From the NCBI GenBank assembly GCA_963667015.2, contig CAXXJJ010000004.1, positions 192,001 to 256,000 of the forward strand: 64,000 bases of DNA, read 5' to 3'. How positions within the stretch are numbered: position 1 is the first letter of the stretch; the number at the start of each line of letters is the position of its first letter. Source of the stretch: Desulfatiglandales bacterium (GTDB lineage Bacteria > Desulfobacterota > DSM-4660 > Desulfatiglandales > HGW-15). This document shows positions 19,091 through 27,831 of the stretch, piece by piece. A program made the translations under genes and the position numbers. A model generated the notes under the pieces. It saw only the letters and a program-made list of their open reading frames with translations. It made no database searches and was not told the DNA's origin.

Positions 19091-20446
19091 ATGTCCGACT
19101 CTAGTCTTAAAATTGAAAATTTGATCCCATTGATTATAAGGTTTTGGTATGAGAGAACAGGACTTTTTATAGCTATTGTTCTGACAGTAATCATTGAAAC
19201 TTCTTTGATAAAAATACTAAAGCTTGAGACTCTCCCCGGTTCTCTGGTTCTTATTTCAACTCTACTGGTAATAATTATTTTCTGGCTTGTTTGCCGGCAA
19301 CCACCTAAAACAAAAAAAGGCAAAGTCGGTTTTCTTGTCAGTATAAGCTGTAGCGATGATAAAGAAAGCAAAAAACTAAAGGAGGATTTTATCCTTCCAC
19401 TTAGAAGGCTTATAAAATCTGGTGACTCTCGACATTCATTCCACTTCATGCAATTACCTAAACATTTAGCTGATAAAGTACTTGATACCGAAGATGCCAT
19501 GGAAATGAGAGTACGAGCCCGCGCACATTTCTTCTTGTTTGGTAGCATTCGACTTAGAGTTCTCGGTGGTAAAAACATTCATGTAATAGAATTAGATGGC
19601 GCGGTAACACATTCACCTCTTCCTAAAGAAATCAGCAATGCACTTGCGGAAGAGTTCTCCGAACTTTTACCAAGAAAATTACATATTCAAACAGAGAATG
19701 ATTTATTGTCTTTTCAATTCACATCAGAATGGACTGATATTGTCTCAAGATATATTATTGGTATCGCGGCTATGTATTCTAGGGATTTAAGCTACGCTGA
19801 GTCACTCTTTTTGGAAGCAAATAACAGACTTGAATCAAAAGACTCAAGATTTCCTGCTTATCAAAAACTTACCCAACGGATTCCAATTAGGATTGATGAA
19901 ATAAATGAACTGAGAGCACATGCATCATATATATCATGGACCAAAACACATGAAGATAAATTTATTGATGAATTGGGATTATATTTAGAAAAGATTAATA
20001 TCAATATGAAAAGCGTTCTTCATTTACGTTCCATCTATACTTTCTTGAAAGAACGAGATATTAATGAGGCTATAGGCTTTTTAAATCAATTAAAAAAACG
20101 TAATGAAGGTCTTTATCATTATAATATGGCATTTCTAAAAGGCTATGATGGAGATTTAAAATCGGCAACTCGCTCTTATCGACAAGCAGTGATGTATACA
20201 ATTACGCCATCTGCATTATCACAAATAGAGGATTTTATCTGTTGGATATTGAAGATGGAACCAGAAAAAATTCAGTTATATTTTTGCTTAGGATTTTTTA
20301 ACTGGAAGGCGAAAGGAGACTTGGCGCAAGCAATTAAGGACTTCCGATCTTTTTTAGAGGCTAAATCATCGATAGAATTTCCAAAAGAGAGGAAATTAGC
20401 TGCAAGATGGATAGAGGATATCTCGAAGAAAAAGACATCTAATTAA
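19091..20446 (+). CDS. Hypothetical protein: two N-terminal TM helices plus C-terminal TPR-like repeats
   Basis: 451 aa ORF in AT-rich DNA; hydrophobic segments near aa 24-67; YHYNMAFLKG and LYFCLGFFNW..GDLAQAIKDF look like TPRs. Confidence 0.75.
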   Translation: MSDSSLKIENLIPLIIRFWYERTGLFIAIVLTVIIETSLIKILKLETLPGSLVLISTLLVIIIFWLVCRQPPKTKKGKVGFLVSISCSDDKESKKLKEDFILPLRRLIKSGDSRHSFHFMQLPKHLADKVLDTEDAMEMRVRARAHFFLFGSIRLRVLGGKNIHVIELDGAVTHSPLPKEISNALAEEFSELLPRKLHIQTENDLLSFQFTSEWTDIVSRYIIGIAAMYSRDLSYAESLFLEANNRLESKDSRFPAYQKLTQRIPIRIDEINELRAHASYISWTKTHEDKFIDELGLYLEKININMKSVLHLRSIYTFLKERDINEAIGFLNQLKKRNEGLYHYNMAFLKGYDGDLKSATRSYRQAVMYTITPSALSQIEDFICWILKMEPEKIQLYFCLGFFNWKAKGDLAQAIKDFRSFLEAKSSIEFPKERKLAARWIEDISKKKTSN

Positions 20447-20556
20447 ATTGCATCTTATTGATCAATTTTATGTGGCTAAGTCAAAGTGCCCCTCAAGTTT
20501 AGCCAAAAGGAGCACTCCAATATTTCCCACCTTCTTCTTTAACTCTCTACAAGATT

Positions 20557-21105
20557 CTACTTAAACAACCCACTTTTCATGGCTTCCTGTATTGTCAACT
20601 TCCCTTTGACCGGATGTTCACAGAATGTTTGACCACCTTCCTGATAAAACTGCCAGCCCACATCTACCAATCTATGGGCTTTACTCATAGATATATTCCG
20701 TGAGTTATAATGGTTAACCAAGTCCTTTACTCCTGAAAGATCACCTGCAAATATACCACGCTGAATGTCCATAAGTTTCTCACTGTCGTATGTCGTGCAG
20801 GCATATTCTAAGACATCCGCAGGGTTAACCTCTGTATCTAATCCCTGTACAGTGTAATAGGCCTGTGAATAGAACTTCTCAGTAACACTCTTTACTACTG
20901 CTCCCAACTGTTCACGGGACATATTGAACTGAGGCGCAAGCTGTATGAGAGTGTCTTCACTCGGTATACCTCCATTCATTAACACATCATTCACAAGTCT
21001 ATCTGTAGCGATATCACCACCGGTCTGATAGAGACTCTCAATGGTTGCCTCTGTGTCAGCATCAAGCATCACGACTGAGGATTTACTCTCATTACCGTGG
21101 AATCC
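20557..21105 (-). pseudogene. 5'-truncated gene resembling T7-like phage capsid assembly scaffolding protein
   Basis: Frame open to a stop at 21106 with no convincing start/RBS; motif order NGGIPSEDTL..L...MSRE, VLEYACTT, GDLSGVK resembles T7 gp9-family C-terminal halves by eye. Confidence 0.45.
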
Positions 21106-21177
21106 TTATCCGGATAACTTTGGAATCGCCATCCGCTTTCCCGTGGAATCGGCGTCCGGATTGGCGGGGATTATACA
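21091..21177 (-). mobile_element. Orphan IS21-family terminal segment
   Basis: Minus strand begins TGTATAATCCCCGCCAATCCGGAC and carries three ~23 bp-period repeats (+ strand CCGTGGAATCnnnnTCCGGAT); no istAB nearby. Confidence 0.6.
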
Positions 21178-21836
21178 GTTCAGACGATCAATTCAAATAT
21201 CTATCTCTCTTCTGGTTCTGCATTTTTGTGCCTCTTACGCTTTTGCTGCGAAAAATACATGGATACGTGTACAGTCACCAAGTTTTGGAGTAATTTCAAG
21301 GCTTGATGAGAAAAAACAAGGATGTTTACAGAAGAGTTTGATAGATTTGTAACCTATATTAATCAGCTATATAATACGGATGATAAAAGTCTGACTCCTC
21401 TTACCATTGTACTTTTAAAAAATAAAAAACAATTTTTACCATATCGTAATCATACTGATGGAAAAAATACATGAAGAATAATCTTTCACAGGATGAATCC
21501 CGGAAAAATGATGCGATGAGGAAAATTGCCGATATGTATAAGAAGTCCATTTTACTGAGGACGGCCAATAAATATACTTTTGAAGGCCGATGAAATTTTT
21601 GCATCACAAAACTCTCTTTGCATTATATCAAAAGATATGCAAAAAGTACTGGAAAACATAGGTGCCATTCTCAATTCAGCAAAACGGCTGAATAACGCTG
21701 ATCTTACCATGAGAGCCCGTAATTATGATGAGGGGCAGCGATTCTTGAGGGCATTATGAAGGATGAAAAAGTTCCACGTCCTTCAAAGGCTAGTGCCCGA
21801 CGCATGCAGTTGTATATTGAAAAAAGAAAGAGTTAA
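21178..21836 (+). pseudogene. Decayed secreted protein gene (DUF1570/TPR-like N-terminus)
   Basis: Signal-like SISLLVLHFCASYAFA + KNTWIRVQSPSFGVISRLDEK, continuing after a shift in the A run at 21311-21316 as TRMFTEEFDRFVTYIN..LTPLTIVLLKNKKQFLPY; further broken frames to 21836. Confidence 0.5.
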
Positions 21837-22015
21837 CCTTTCGCCAACCCGAGTCACACAACATTTATATTTTAATATGTATTTTTTTGCCTGAACTGTG
21901 AAACGGATTTCATAGTTTTTAGGTAAAGTTTTACATATTTCTTTTTTTATAATTTTAATTAGTGGATAACATGCTAATATTCCTGAGAAATAAAGAGGGA
22001 AGGATGTTGATAGCT

Positions 22016-22031
22016 TGGCATAGAAATTGCT
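22016..22031 (+). promoter_or_regulatory. sigma54 (-24/-12) promoter of the PEP-CTERM gene
   Basis: TGGCATAGAAATTGCT, exact GG-N10-GC spacing. Confidence 0.75.
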
Positions 22032-22272
22032 TTATAATAAAAAATACTACATGTGTCACATTTCAACTTGAAGATATTTTAACTGTATCTCATCTCTAAT
22101 TGCAATATTCAATCTATAATTGAGTTTTAAGTAAAGCAGCAGACTTTGTTAATAATTGGACCGATTTTTCTAAACTTATTTTTAGAATAGAAGGAGGTGA
22201 TATATCACTATGGTCAGAGATTAGGAGACACCGATATCTTTTAATAATAAACAAAAGGAGGAGAAAATAATT

Positions 22273-22923
22273 ATGAAGAAATTATTATTGTTTACTATTG
22301 TGATAGCGTTTTTATTAACCTCAGGCCAAGTGTATGCCATTTTAATTTCAAATGGAAGTTTTGAGGATACTGACGGTCCAGGAGGATCTTTTACAACTGT
22401 ATATAGCGAAGATTACACTACTATTCCAGGTTGGGCGGTAGTTGAAGGATCAGTTGATTGGATATATACCTATTGGGAAGCCAGTGATGGTGAAAGAAGT
22501 ATTGACCTTGCCGGAAATTCAAGTGGCCTAATCATTACATCATTTGACACGACAGCAGGTGCTTGGTATGAGGTTACTTTCGATATGGCAGGAAATCCGG
22601 ATCGTTCTTATGAAAAAGCACTTGTTAGTGCAGCTATAGATTGGGATACTGGACCGATAGGTGAGTCTGAACTTTTTACTTTCGACCAAGCCCTTGGAAC
22701 AAAGAAAGATATGGGTTGGCAGACACATTCATTTGTATTTCAGGCAGCAGGTTCAATTACTACGCTTGCTTTCGGTGACTGGACGAATACTTCAGACCCT
22801 GAATGTTGGGGAGCAGCCATTGATAATGTGTCCGTGAATCCGGTCCCCGAACCGGCAACCATGCTTCTTCTCGGTTCAGGTTTAGTAGGACTCGTCGGCT
22901 TCAGGAGAAAATTCAAAAAATAA
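22273..22923 (+). CDS. PEP-CTERM sorted surface protein (choice-of-anchor C / DUF642-like)
   Basis: Signal peptide; NGSFE, GSVDW, SIDLAG, FDMAGNP, IDNVSV; C-terminal VPEPATMLLLGSGLVGLVGFRRKFKK. Confidence 0.92.
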   Translation: MKKLLLFTIVIAFLLTSGQVYAILISNGSFEDTDGPGGSFTTVYSEDYTTIPGWAVVEGSVDWIYTYWEASDGERSIDLAGNSSGLIITSFDTTAGAWYEVTFDMAGNPDRSYEKALVSAAIDWDTGPIGESELFTFDQALGTKKDMGWQTHSFVFQAAGSITTLAFGDWTNTSDPECWGAAIDNVSVNPVPEPATMLLLGSGLVGLVGFRRKFKK

Positions 22924-22945
22924 TAATTGAATACACATATTCAAA

Positions 22946-22977
22946 AAAAAGGCAGAGTCTTATAGCTCTGCCTTTTT
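22946..22977. terminator. Bidirectional terminator between convergent genes
   Basis: AAAAAGGCAGAG-TCTTATAG-CTCTGCCTTTTT; overlaps the last codons of the DUF2891 gene. Confidence 0.75.
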
Positions 22978-24123
22978 CTTGCTTTTTTTATCAAGCGCAT
23001 AAATCGCAAAAGACCCAAGCCAGTGACCTCCTTCATAGCTGTCATCTACAAGGTTAGGTAATGAATAACCCACGTGCTCATCAGCTATGCTTATCAGGTG
23101 TGAGTATTCAGGATACTGTCTGGCCAGACTATATAATACCCACGCCCTGCTGAAATTGAGCCCATCAAGGTGAACGAGCTTGCCATCTGTTCGATCTGAA
23201 ACCTCTGCCACCTCCAGCTCAAATTTATCGGATTTGAGTTGATGTGCAAAATTTTCTATCCAGTTATTAAACTCGTCCTTATTTAATATCCTGCGCATCA
23301 GGTCAATTTCTTCAAGACATGGTGATAAAAAATCATAACCGCCCGGCTCCCAGCTTAACGGGCAGTTAGAATCATCCAGATAGAAATCTTTTGCACGGCT
23401 TTTGATTGCCGTTTTAAGGTTTTCATTATGTGTGGTATCTGCATAATCCCAGGCAAATGATAAACCAAAGGCCGTATTTGCATGTTCTCCCACCCTTACC
23501 GGATATTTAAGTTTTGGCAGAAAATCGATATACCGCTCAACGATCAGATCCGTTAGCGGCTGAAGATTTTTATTTAACTCATGAGCCATTGGATCATCCC
23601 AGGTGTACAGTTCTTCAGCTAATTTAAGCAGCCATGCCCATCCATAGGTTCTTTCATAGGATTTACTGTGTTCTCCATTAAAATAGAAAACTTCTGCCTT
23701 AATATTCTCCTCTGTGATATTTTCCTTAAGCCTGCTCCGGATCAAATCTGCCTTTTCCAGTTGAGGAAAATCCTTCAATAACTTTACCAGTGACCAGTGC
23801 CCGTGAACCGCTGAATGCCAGTCAAAACAGCCGTAGAATGCCGGGTGCAGCTGATGAGGTTCGCCAAGATCGCCTTCTCCCCCTAAGGTTTGTCCCAGTT
23901 TATTGGGATACTCAACCTGCATACAGGCCACAGGCAATCCGGCAAGATTGTTCGCCTGCTGCAATGTTAATCGATTGGTTTCATGAACATCGGGGCTGTT
24001 GACTGTCATCTTCATATCGGATGTATCCGCATGCTGTTTTTCCGGTTCTTCACCTGATTGACTGCAGGAGATCATTAAAGATAAAAACAAAAATCCCATA
24101 TAAAAAATCAATATTTTTCTCAT
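22960..24123 (-). CDS. DUF2891-family lipoprotein
   Basis: Lipobox MISC; HPAFYGCFDWHSAVHGHW, YERTYGWAW, HLDGLNFSRAW, YEGGHWLGSFA. Confidence 0.85.
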   Translation of the reverse strand: MRKILIFYMGFLFLSLMISCSQSGEEPEKQHADTSDMKMTVNSPDVHETNRLTLQQANNLAGLPVACMQVEYPNKLGQTLGGEGDLGEPHQLHPAFYGCFDWHSAVHGHWSLVKLLKDFPQLEKADLIRSRLKENITEENIKAEVFYFNGEHSKSYERTYGWAWLLKLAEELYTWDDPMAHELNKNLQPLTDLIVERYIDFLPKLKYPVRVGEHANTAFGLSFAWDYADTTHNENLKTAIKSRAKDFYLDDSNCPLSWEPGGYDFLSPCLEEIDLMRRILNKDEFNNWIENFAHQLKSDKFELEVAEVSDRTDGKLVHLDGLNFSRAWVLYSLARQYPEYSHLISIADEHVGYSLPNLVDDSYEGGHWLGSFAIYALDKKSKKKAEL

Positions 24124-24279
24124 CAGTATTTTCCTGTATTGTTTTATTTAAAGAAGACTAAATTCTCTATATATTAGTTTTTTAAATACCTTTTAAAATA
24201 AAAAAAACAATAAAAAATGTCCTTTTAAGCAATTAATTAAAAAGAATATTAGCATATTAGTCTCATATCATGCATCCAC

Positions 24280-24352
24280 TGTCATCTCTGACTGCAAGGA
24301 GAGATCTTGTGTTAAAATAATAAAAAGATTTTTCCTATTGGTCGAAATGACA
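24280..24352. repeat. Imperfect palindromic REP-like pair
   Basis: TGTCATCTCTGACTGCAAGGAGAGATCT ... AGATTTTTCCTATTGGTCGAAATGACA inverted arms. Confidence 0.55.
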
Positions 24353-24646
24353 TCTTAAGGCTGCACATCGTTGACGCGACCACAGGCAAATTTATGCTCT
24401 CCAAACCGCGCAGCGGTGACATATTAATAGTACTTAATGTTCAATTAACCCATAGCCCTGTAGGGGCGACACGTATCAATAAGGGCTCGCACCAAAAGGC
24501 GCGTATTCTTTTGTTTATCCGATTTACTATTAATATACCGCCTCCTCCAGAGGCTGTTTTGAAAAAGATCAATAACAACCGGCTTGATTTATTAACATTA
24601 AATCCTGTAATCTCCGGACAAAATATATAAGAGAGATATTGCATTA

Positions 24647-25843
24647 ATGAATGCTGAAAATAAAATAATAATGGCAGGGTGGCTGATTGACGGCACCGGT
24701 AGAGAAGCGGTAAATGGCTCCCTCATAAATATTTCAGGAGAAAAAATATCCTCTGTTACCGGAATAACTCCGGGTAGTGAACTATCTCCGGAAGTTATAG
24801 ATTTTTCGGACTGTACAGTTATCCCCGGCCTTATTGACGGCCATACACACCTGACCATGTCGGGAACTTTTGATAGTGAAATAAGGGATACACAGATTAC
24901 TGACGCATACAATACTGCTGAAGTAAGAATTAAAAAACATATCAGGGATTACCTTAAATATGGTGTTGTTGCTGTCAGGGACGGCGGTGACTTTCATGCA
25001 CATGTCCTTAAATACAAAAATGATTTTCATTCCTTTAAAGATACTCCATTAACCATATATGCGGCCGGTAATGGTTTCCATGTAAAAGGGAGATACGGCC
25101 AGCTGCTGGGTATGTATCTAAGGCCCGGAAGGGATCTTGCTAAGGCTGTACTGGAAGATCATAGACCCGGAATTGATCATATCAAGGTAGTAAACTCCGG
25201 TGTAAACAGCCTGAAAGAATTCGGGAAAGAGACATCTCCCCAGTTTACCAGAGAAGAACTGGAAAGGGCGGTAGAGGCTGCAGGTAGCATAGGGCTCAGG
25301 GTTATGGTGCACGCCAATGGAATAATGCCTGTTCAGCTGGCAATCGAAGCAGGGTGTCAGACCATAGAGCATGGCTATTTCATGGGAGAAGATAACCTTA
25401 AGAGGATGGCTGATAATGGAACAATATGGGTTCCGACTATAATTCCTATGAAGGCATACATGGATATCTCAGAACCTGGGAGCAGGGAGCATCATGTAAC
25501 TGAAAAAAATAAGATCCACCAGCTCGAACAGGTTGAAAAGGCCATAGAATATGGTGTCACTGTTGCACTTGGAACAGATGCAGGATCTTCCGGTGTGTAT
25601 CACGGGCCGGCAATTGCGGAAGAGTTCAGCCTTTTGCTAAGGGCAGGTTTTTCAATTGAACAGGCAGTTAAATGCGCAACCTCAAATGCCATGCAGATTA
25701 TTGGTGATGGTTCAAATGACGGCACCATATCTGCAGGAATGCCGGCAAACTTTGTAGTGGTAAAGGGCAGCCCTGATGATCTTCCTGAATCACTGGGAAA
25801 TATAAAAGAGGTATGGATTCAAGGTAAAATTGCGTCAATATGA
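24647..25843 (+). CDS. Amidohydrolase family protein
   Basis: PGLIDGHTH, MVHANG, IEHG, LGTDAG. Confidence 0.9.
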   Translation: MNAENKIIMAGWLIDGTGREAVNGSLINISGEKISSVTGITPGSELSPEVIDFSDCTVIPGLIDGHTHLTMSGTFDSEIRDTQITDAYNTAEVRIKKHIRDYLKYGVVAVRDGGDFHAHVLKYKNDFHSFKDTPLTIYAAGNGFHVKGRYGQLLGMYLRPGRDLAKAVLEDHRPGIDHIKVVNSGVNSLKEFGKETSPQFTREELERAVEAAGSIGLRVMVHANGIMPVQLAIEAGCQTIEHGYFMGEDNLKRMADNGTIWVPTIIPMKAYMDISEPGSREHHVTEKNKIHQLEQVEKAIEYGVTVALGTDAGSSGVYHGPAIAEEFSLLLRAGFSIEQAVKCATSNAMQIIGDGSNDGTISAGMPANFVVVKGSPDDLPESLGNIKEVWIQGKIASI

Positions 25844-25864
25844 ACAATGTTTATATGGTATTTT

Positions 25865-25888
25865 GTAGGGGCACGAGGTATCGTGCCC
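25865..25888 (+). repeat. GTAG-type REP hairpin
   Basis: GTAGGGGCACGAGGTATCGTGCCC; related copy at 44884-44907 on the minus strand. Confidence 0.6.
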
Positions 25889-25924
25889 GATTGGTAAGAT
25901 TTCCATTTCCACTTTAAGATTGAA

Positions 25925-26009
25925 TGGTGCGAGAGAGGGGAGTCGAACCCCTACACCGCAAGGCACTGGATCCTAAGTCCAGCGCGTCTACCAGTTCCGC
26001 CACTCTCGC
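25925..26009 (-). tRNA. tRNA-Leu (anticodon UAG)
   Basis: Reverse complement GCGAGAGTGGCGGAACTGGTAGACGCGCTGGACTTAGGATCCAG...GGTTCGACTCCCCTCTCTCGCACCA. Confidence 0.97.
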
Positions 26010-26130
26010 ACTTCTTCTTAAACCCTCTCAGAACTGCGCTTTATGCCATGTTCTAACAGGTTTTGCAATATAATAACGAACCCTGATTAAAAGTCCAGTC
26101 TGTTTTCATAATTTTTATGGTAACATGATC

Positions 26131-26538
26131 CTACTTTGTATTCTGTTTTACAGGTGTAAGTGTAATAAAAGGTTTTTCATTTTCTATCCTGACCTCTGAT
26201 ACCTCCCACTCTGTCTGTTTTTCAATGTATTTGCCAAGTCGGTTTTTATATCTTTCCAGTACCCTTTTACCGATGGTAATACTTCCTTTTTCATTAACCT
26301 TTATTTTAGGTCCGGTACCTCTGGATTTTGTTTCAAGGTCTTCAGGCTTATAGTAGAATCTACGGTCTCTGCGTTCCTTGTCTATCAGGTAATTTTTAAA
26401 AGTCGACTTTGTAATATTGAACTCGTACAGGATTAGTTCCACCTTTTCGCTGGCTATTATCCTTCTGTCAAGTAAAGACAGCAGGCCTTCATTTTCGAGA
26501 TCCCTTATTGTTTTAAATTTCTTTCCCTTTTCCGGCAT
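26131..26538 (-). CDS. Hypothetical basic protein, possible AbrB-like DNA-binding C-terminus
   Basis: SD AGGAG upstream; KIKVNEKGSITIGKRVLE resembles the AbrB/SpoVT hairpin motif. Confidence 0.55.
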   Translation of the reverse strand: MPEKGKKFKTIRDLENEGLLSLLDRRIIASEKVELILYEFNITKSTFKNYLIDKERRDRRFYYKPEDLETKSRGTGPKIKVNEKGSITIGKRVLERYKNRLGKYIEKQTEWEVSEVRIENEKPFITLTPVKQNTK

Positions 26539-26712
26539 TTTTATCTCCTGGCTGTAAAAAGAATCTTAATATGTTGTAGCTGTAAATTGATCTTGATTTT
26601 TTGAGAAGCTGTTATCCTATTTTTATTTTACTTAAAAATAAGATTCAATCGGTCAATACATCGAACTTTTTATAAAATAACTTTACTCTTTTCCTGTATA
26701 AACATTTCGTCA

Positions 26713-27441
26713 CTATAAATTTAATTTTGATTTATATTCATCTGAAAACTGCTTTATAAACCCCTCATCTGCAAAACTGTAATACCTGTTATGTCCTATG
26801 ATTATATGGTCAAGCACCTGGATTGACAACAGTTGTGATGACCATACCAGATTCCTTGTAAGGTTTCTGTCTTCGGGTGAGGGTTGAGGGTCTCCTGACG
26901 GATGGTTATGGACAAATACCAGTGCTGCGGCATTATTATTAAGGGCCAGTTTCATAATTTCCGCCGGATATACTGCACTTCCGGTCAATCCCCCCTGAAA
27001 TACATCCTGGTCAAAAATTAGCTCGTTTTTTCTGTTTAAAAACAGTACCTTGAACATCTCTCTTTTTATATCCCTCATTGAATGAAAAAGATAATCATAG
27101 ACGGCTTTGGAAGAATTGAAGAAAGTCGTCCTGATTGCCCTGTCCCTCAGATAGCGGCCTGCCACTTCATGAATAAGTTTAAGATACATTACATTTTTAT
27201 CACCAAGACCTTTAATAGTCTTGAGTTCATTTAACGGGGCGGCAAGGACTCCCGAAAGGCTCCCATATTGTTTAAGCGCCTGTCTTGCCGGGATTTTTAC
27301 ATCTTTTCTGGGCGTTCCCAGCGTGAGAAGAAACTCTATTATTTCTTCATCCGTGAACCTGTCAATGCCACCCTCTGTGAATCTTGATCTGAGTCTTTCT
27401 CTGTGACCTGAGCCTCTGTTTGAATTTTCGTTTTTCAGCAT
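26713..27441 (-). CDS. radC: RadC-family JAB domain protein
   Basis: GHRERLR N-terminus, HhH motif, VHNHPSGDPQPSPED, LDHIIIG. Confidence 0.93.
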   Translation of the reverse strand: MLKNENSNRGSGHRERLRSRFTEGGIDRFTDEEIIEFLLTLGTPRKDVKIPARQALKQYGSLSGVLAAPLNELKTIKGLGDKNVMYLKLIHEVAGRYLRDRAIRTTFFNSSKAVYDYLFHSMRDIKREMFKVLFLNRKNELIFDQDVFQGGLTGSAVYPAEIMKLALNNNAAALVFVHNHPSGDPQPSPEDRNLTRNLVWSSQLLSIQVLDHIIIGHNRYYSFADEGFIKQFSDEYKSKLNL

Positions 27442-27632
27442 TATTTTTCCAACCTCTTTTTCTACAAATTTATTTAAAAAAAGACTAAAGAAATGCCTGC
27501 AATAAACCGATTTGGGGGAAGCGTTAAAAAAAATTATGGATGAAAATGTTCTTTTAAAAAATAAAAATATGATAGAAACCTGTAAGGAATTGGAATAATT
27601 AATGTTTTACAGGTTTTAGCCGGTTCATTACC

Positions 27633-27648
27633 TGGCATATTAATTGCT
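27633..27648 (+). promoter_or_regulatory. sigma54 (-24/-12) promoter candidate
   Basis: TGGCATATTAATTGCT with GG-N10-GC spacing, upstream of the Zn-PLC gene. Confidence 0.6.
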
Positions 27649-27831
27649 GGTATATTCCTGAACACTTTGATATATTACACCGGTTTTTCTGGTGGGCAGT
27701 ATGGTAATGCAATATTCACTTTACATCCATAAAAAAATCATTATCTTGAAAAATGATTTTTATCAGAATATGCCTGTACATCCTGTTTATCATGTGAATG
27801 TTTAGTGTGGACGGAAGGTTTTAGGTTAATA

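Noticed and set aside
21091..21177. Possible mini-CRISPR
   Set aside because: Period is only about 23 bp with no unique spacers and no cas genes; it fits an IS end better.
26713..27441. radC as a marker of a mobile element
   Set aside because: Full-length form with N-terminal HhH region, typical of the chromosomal copy.
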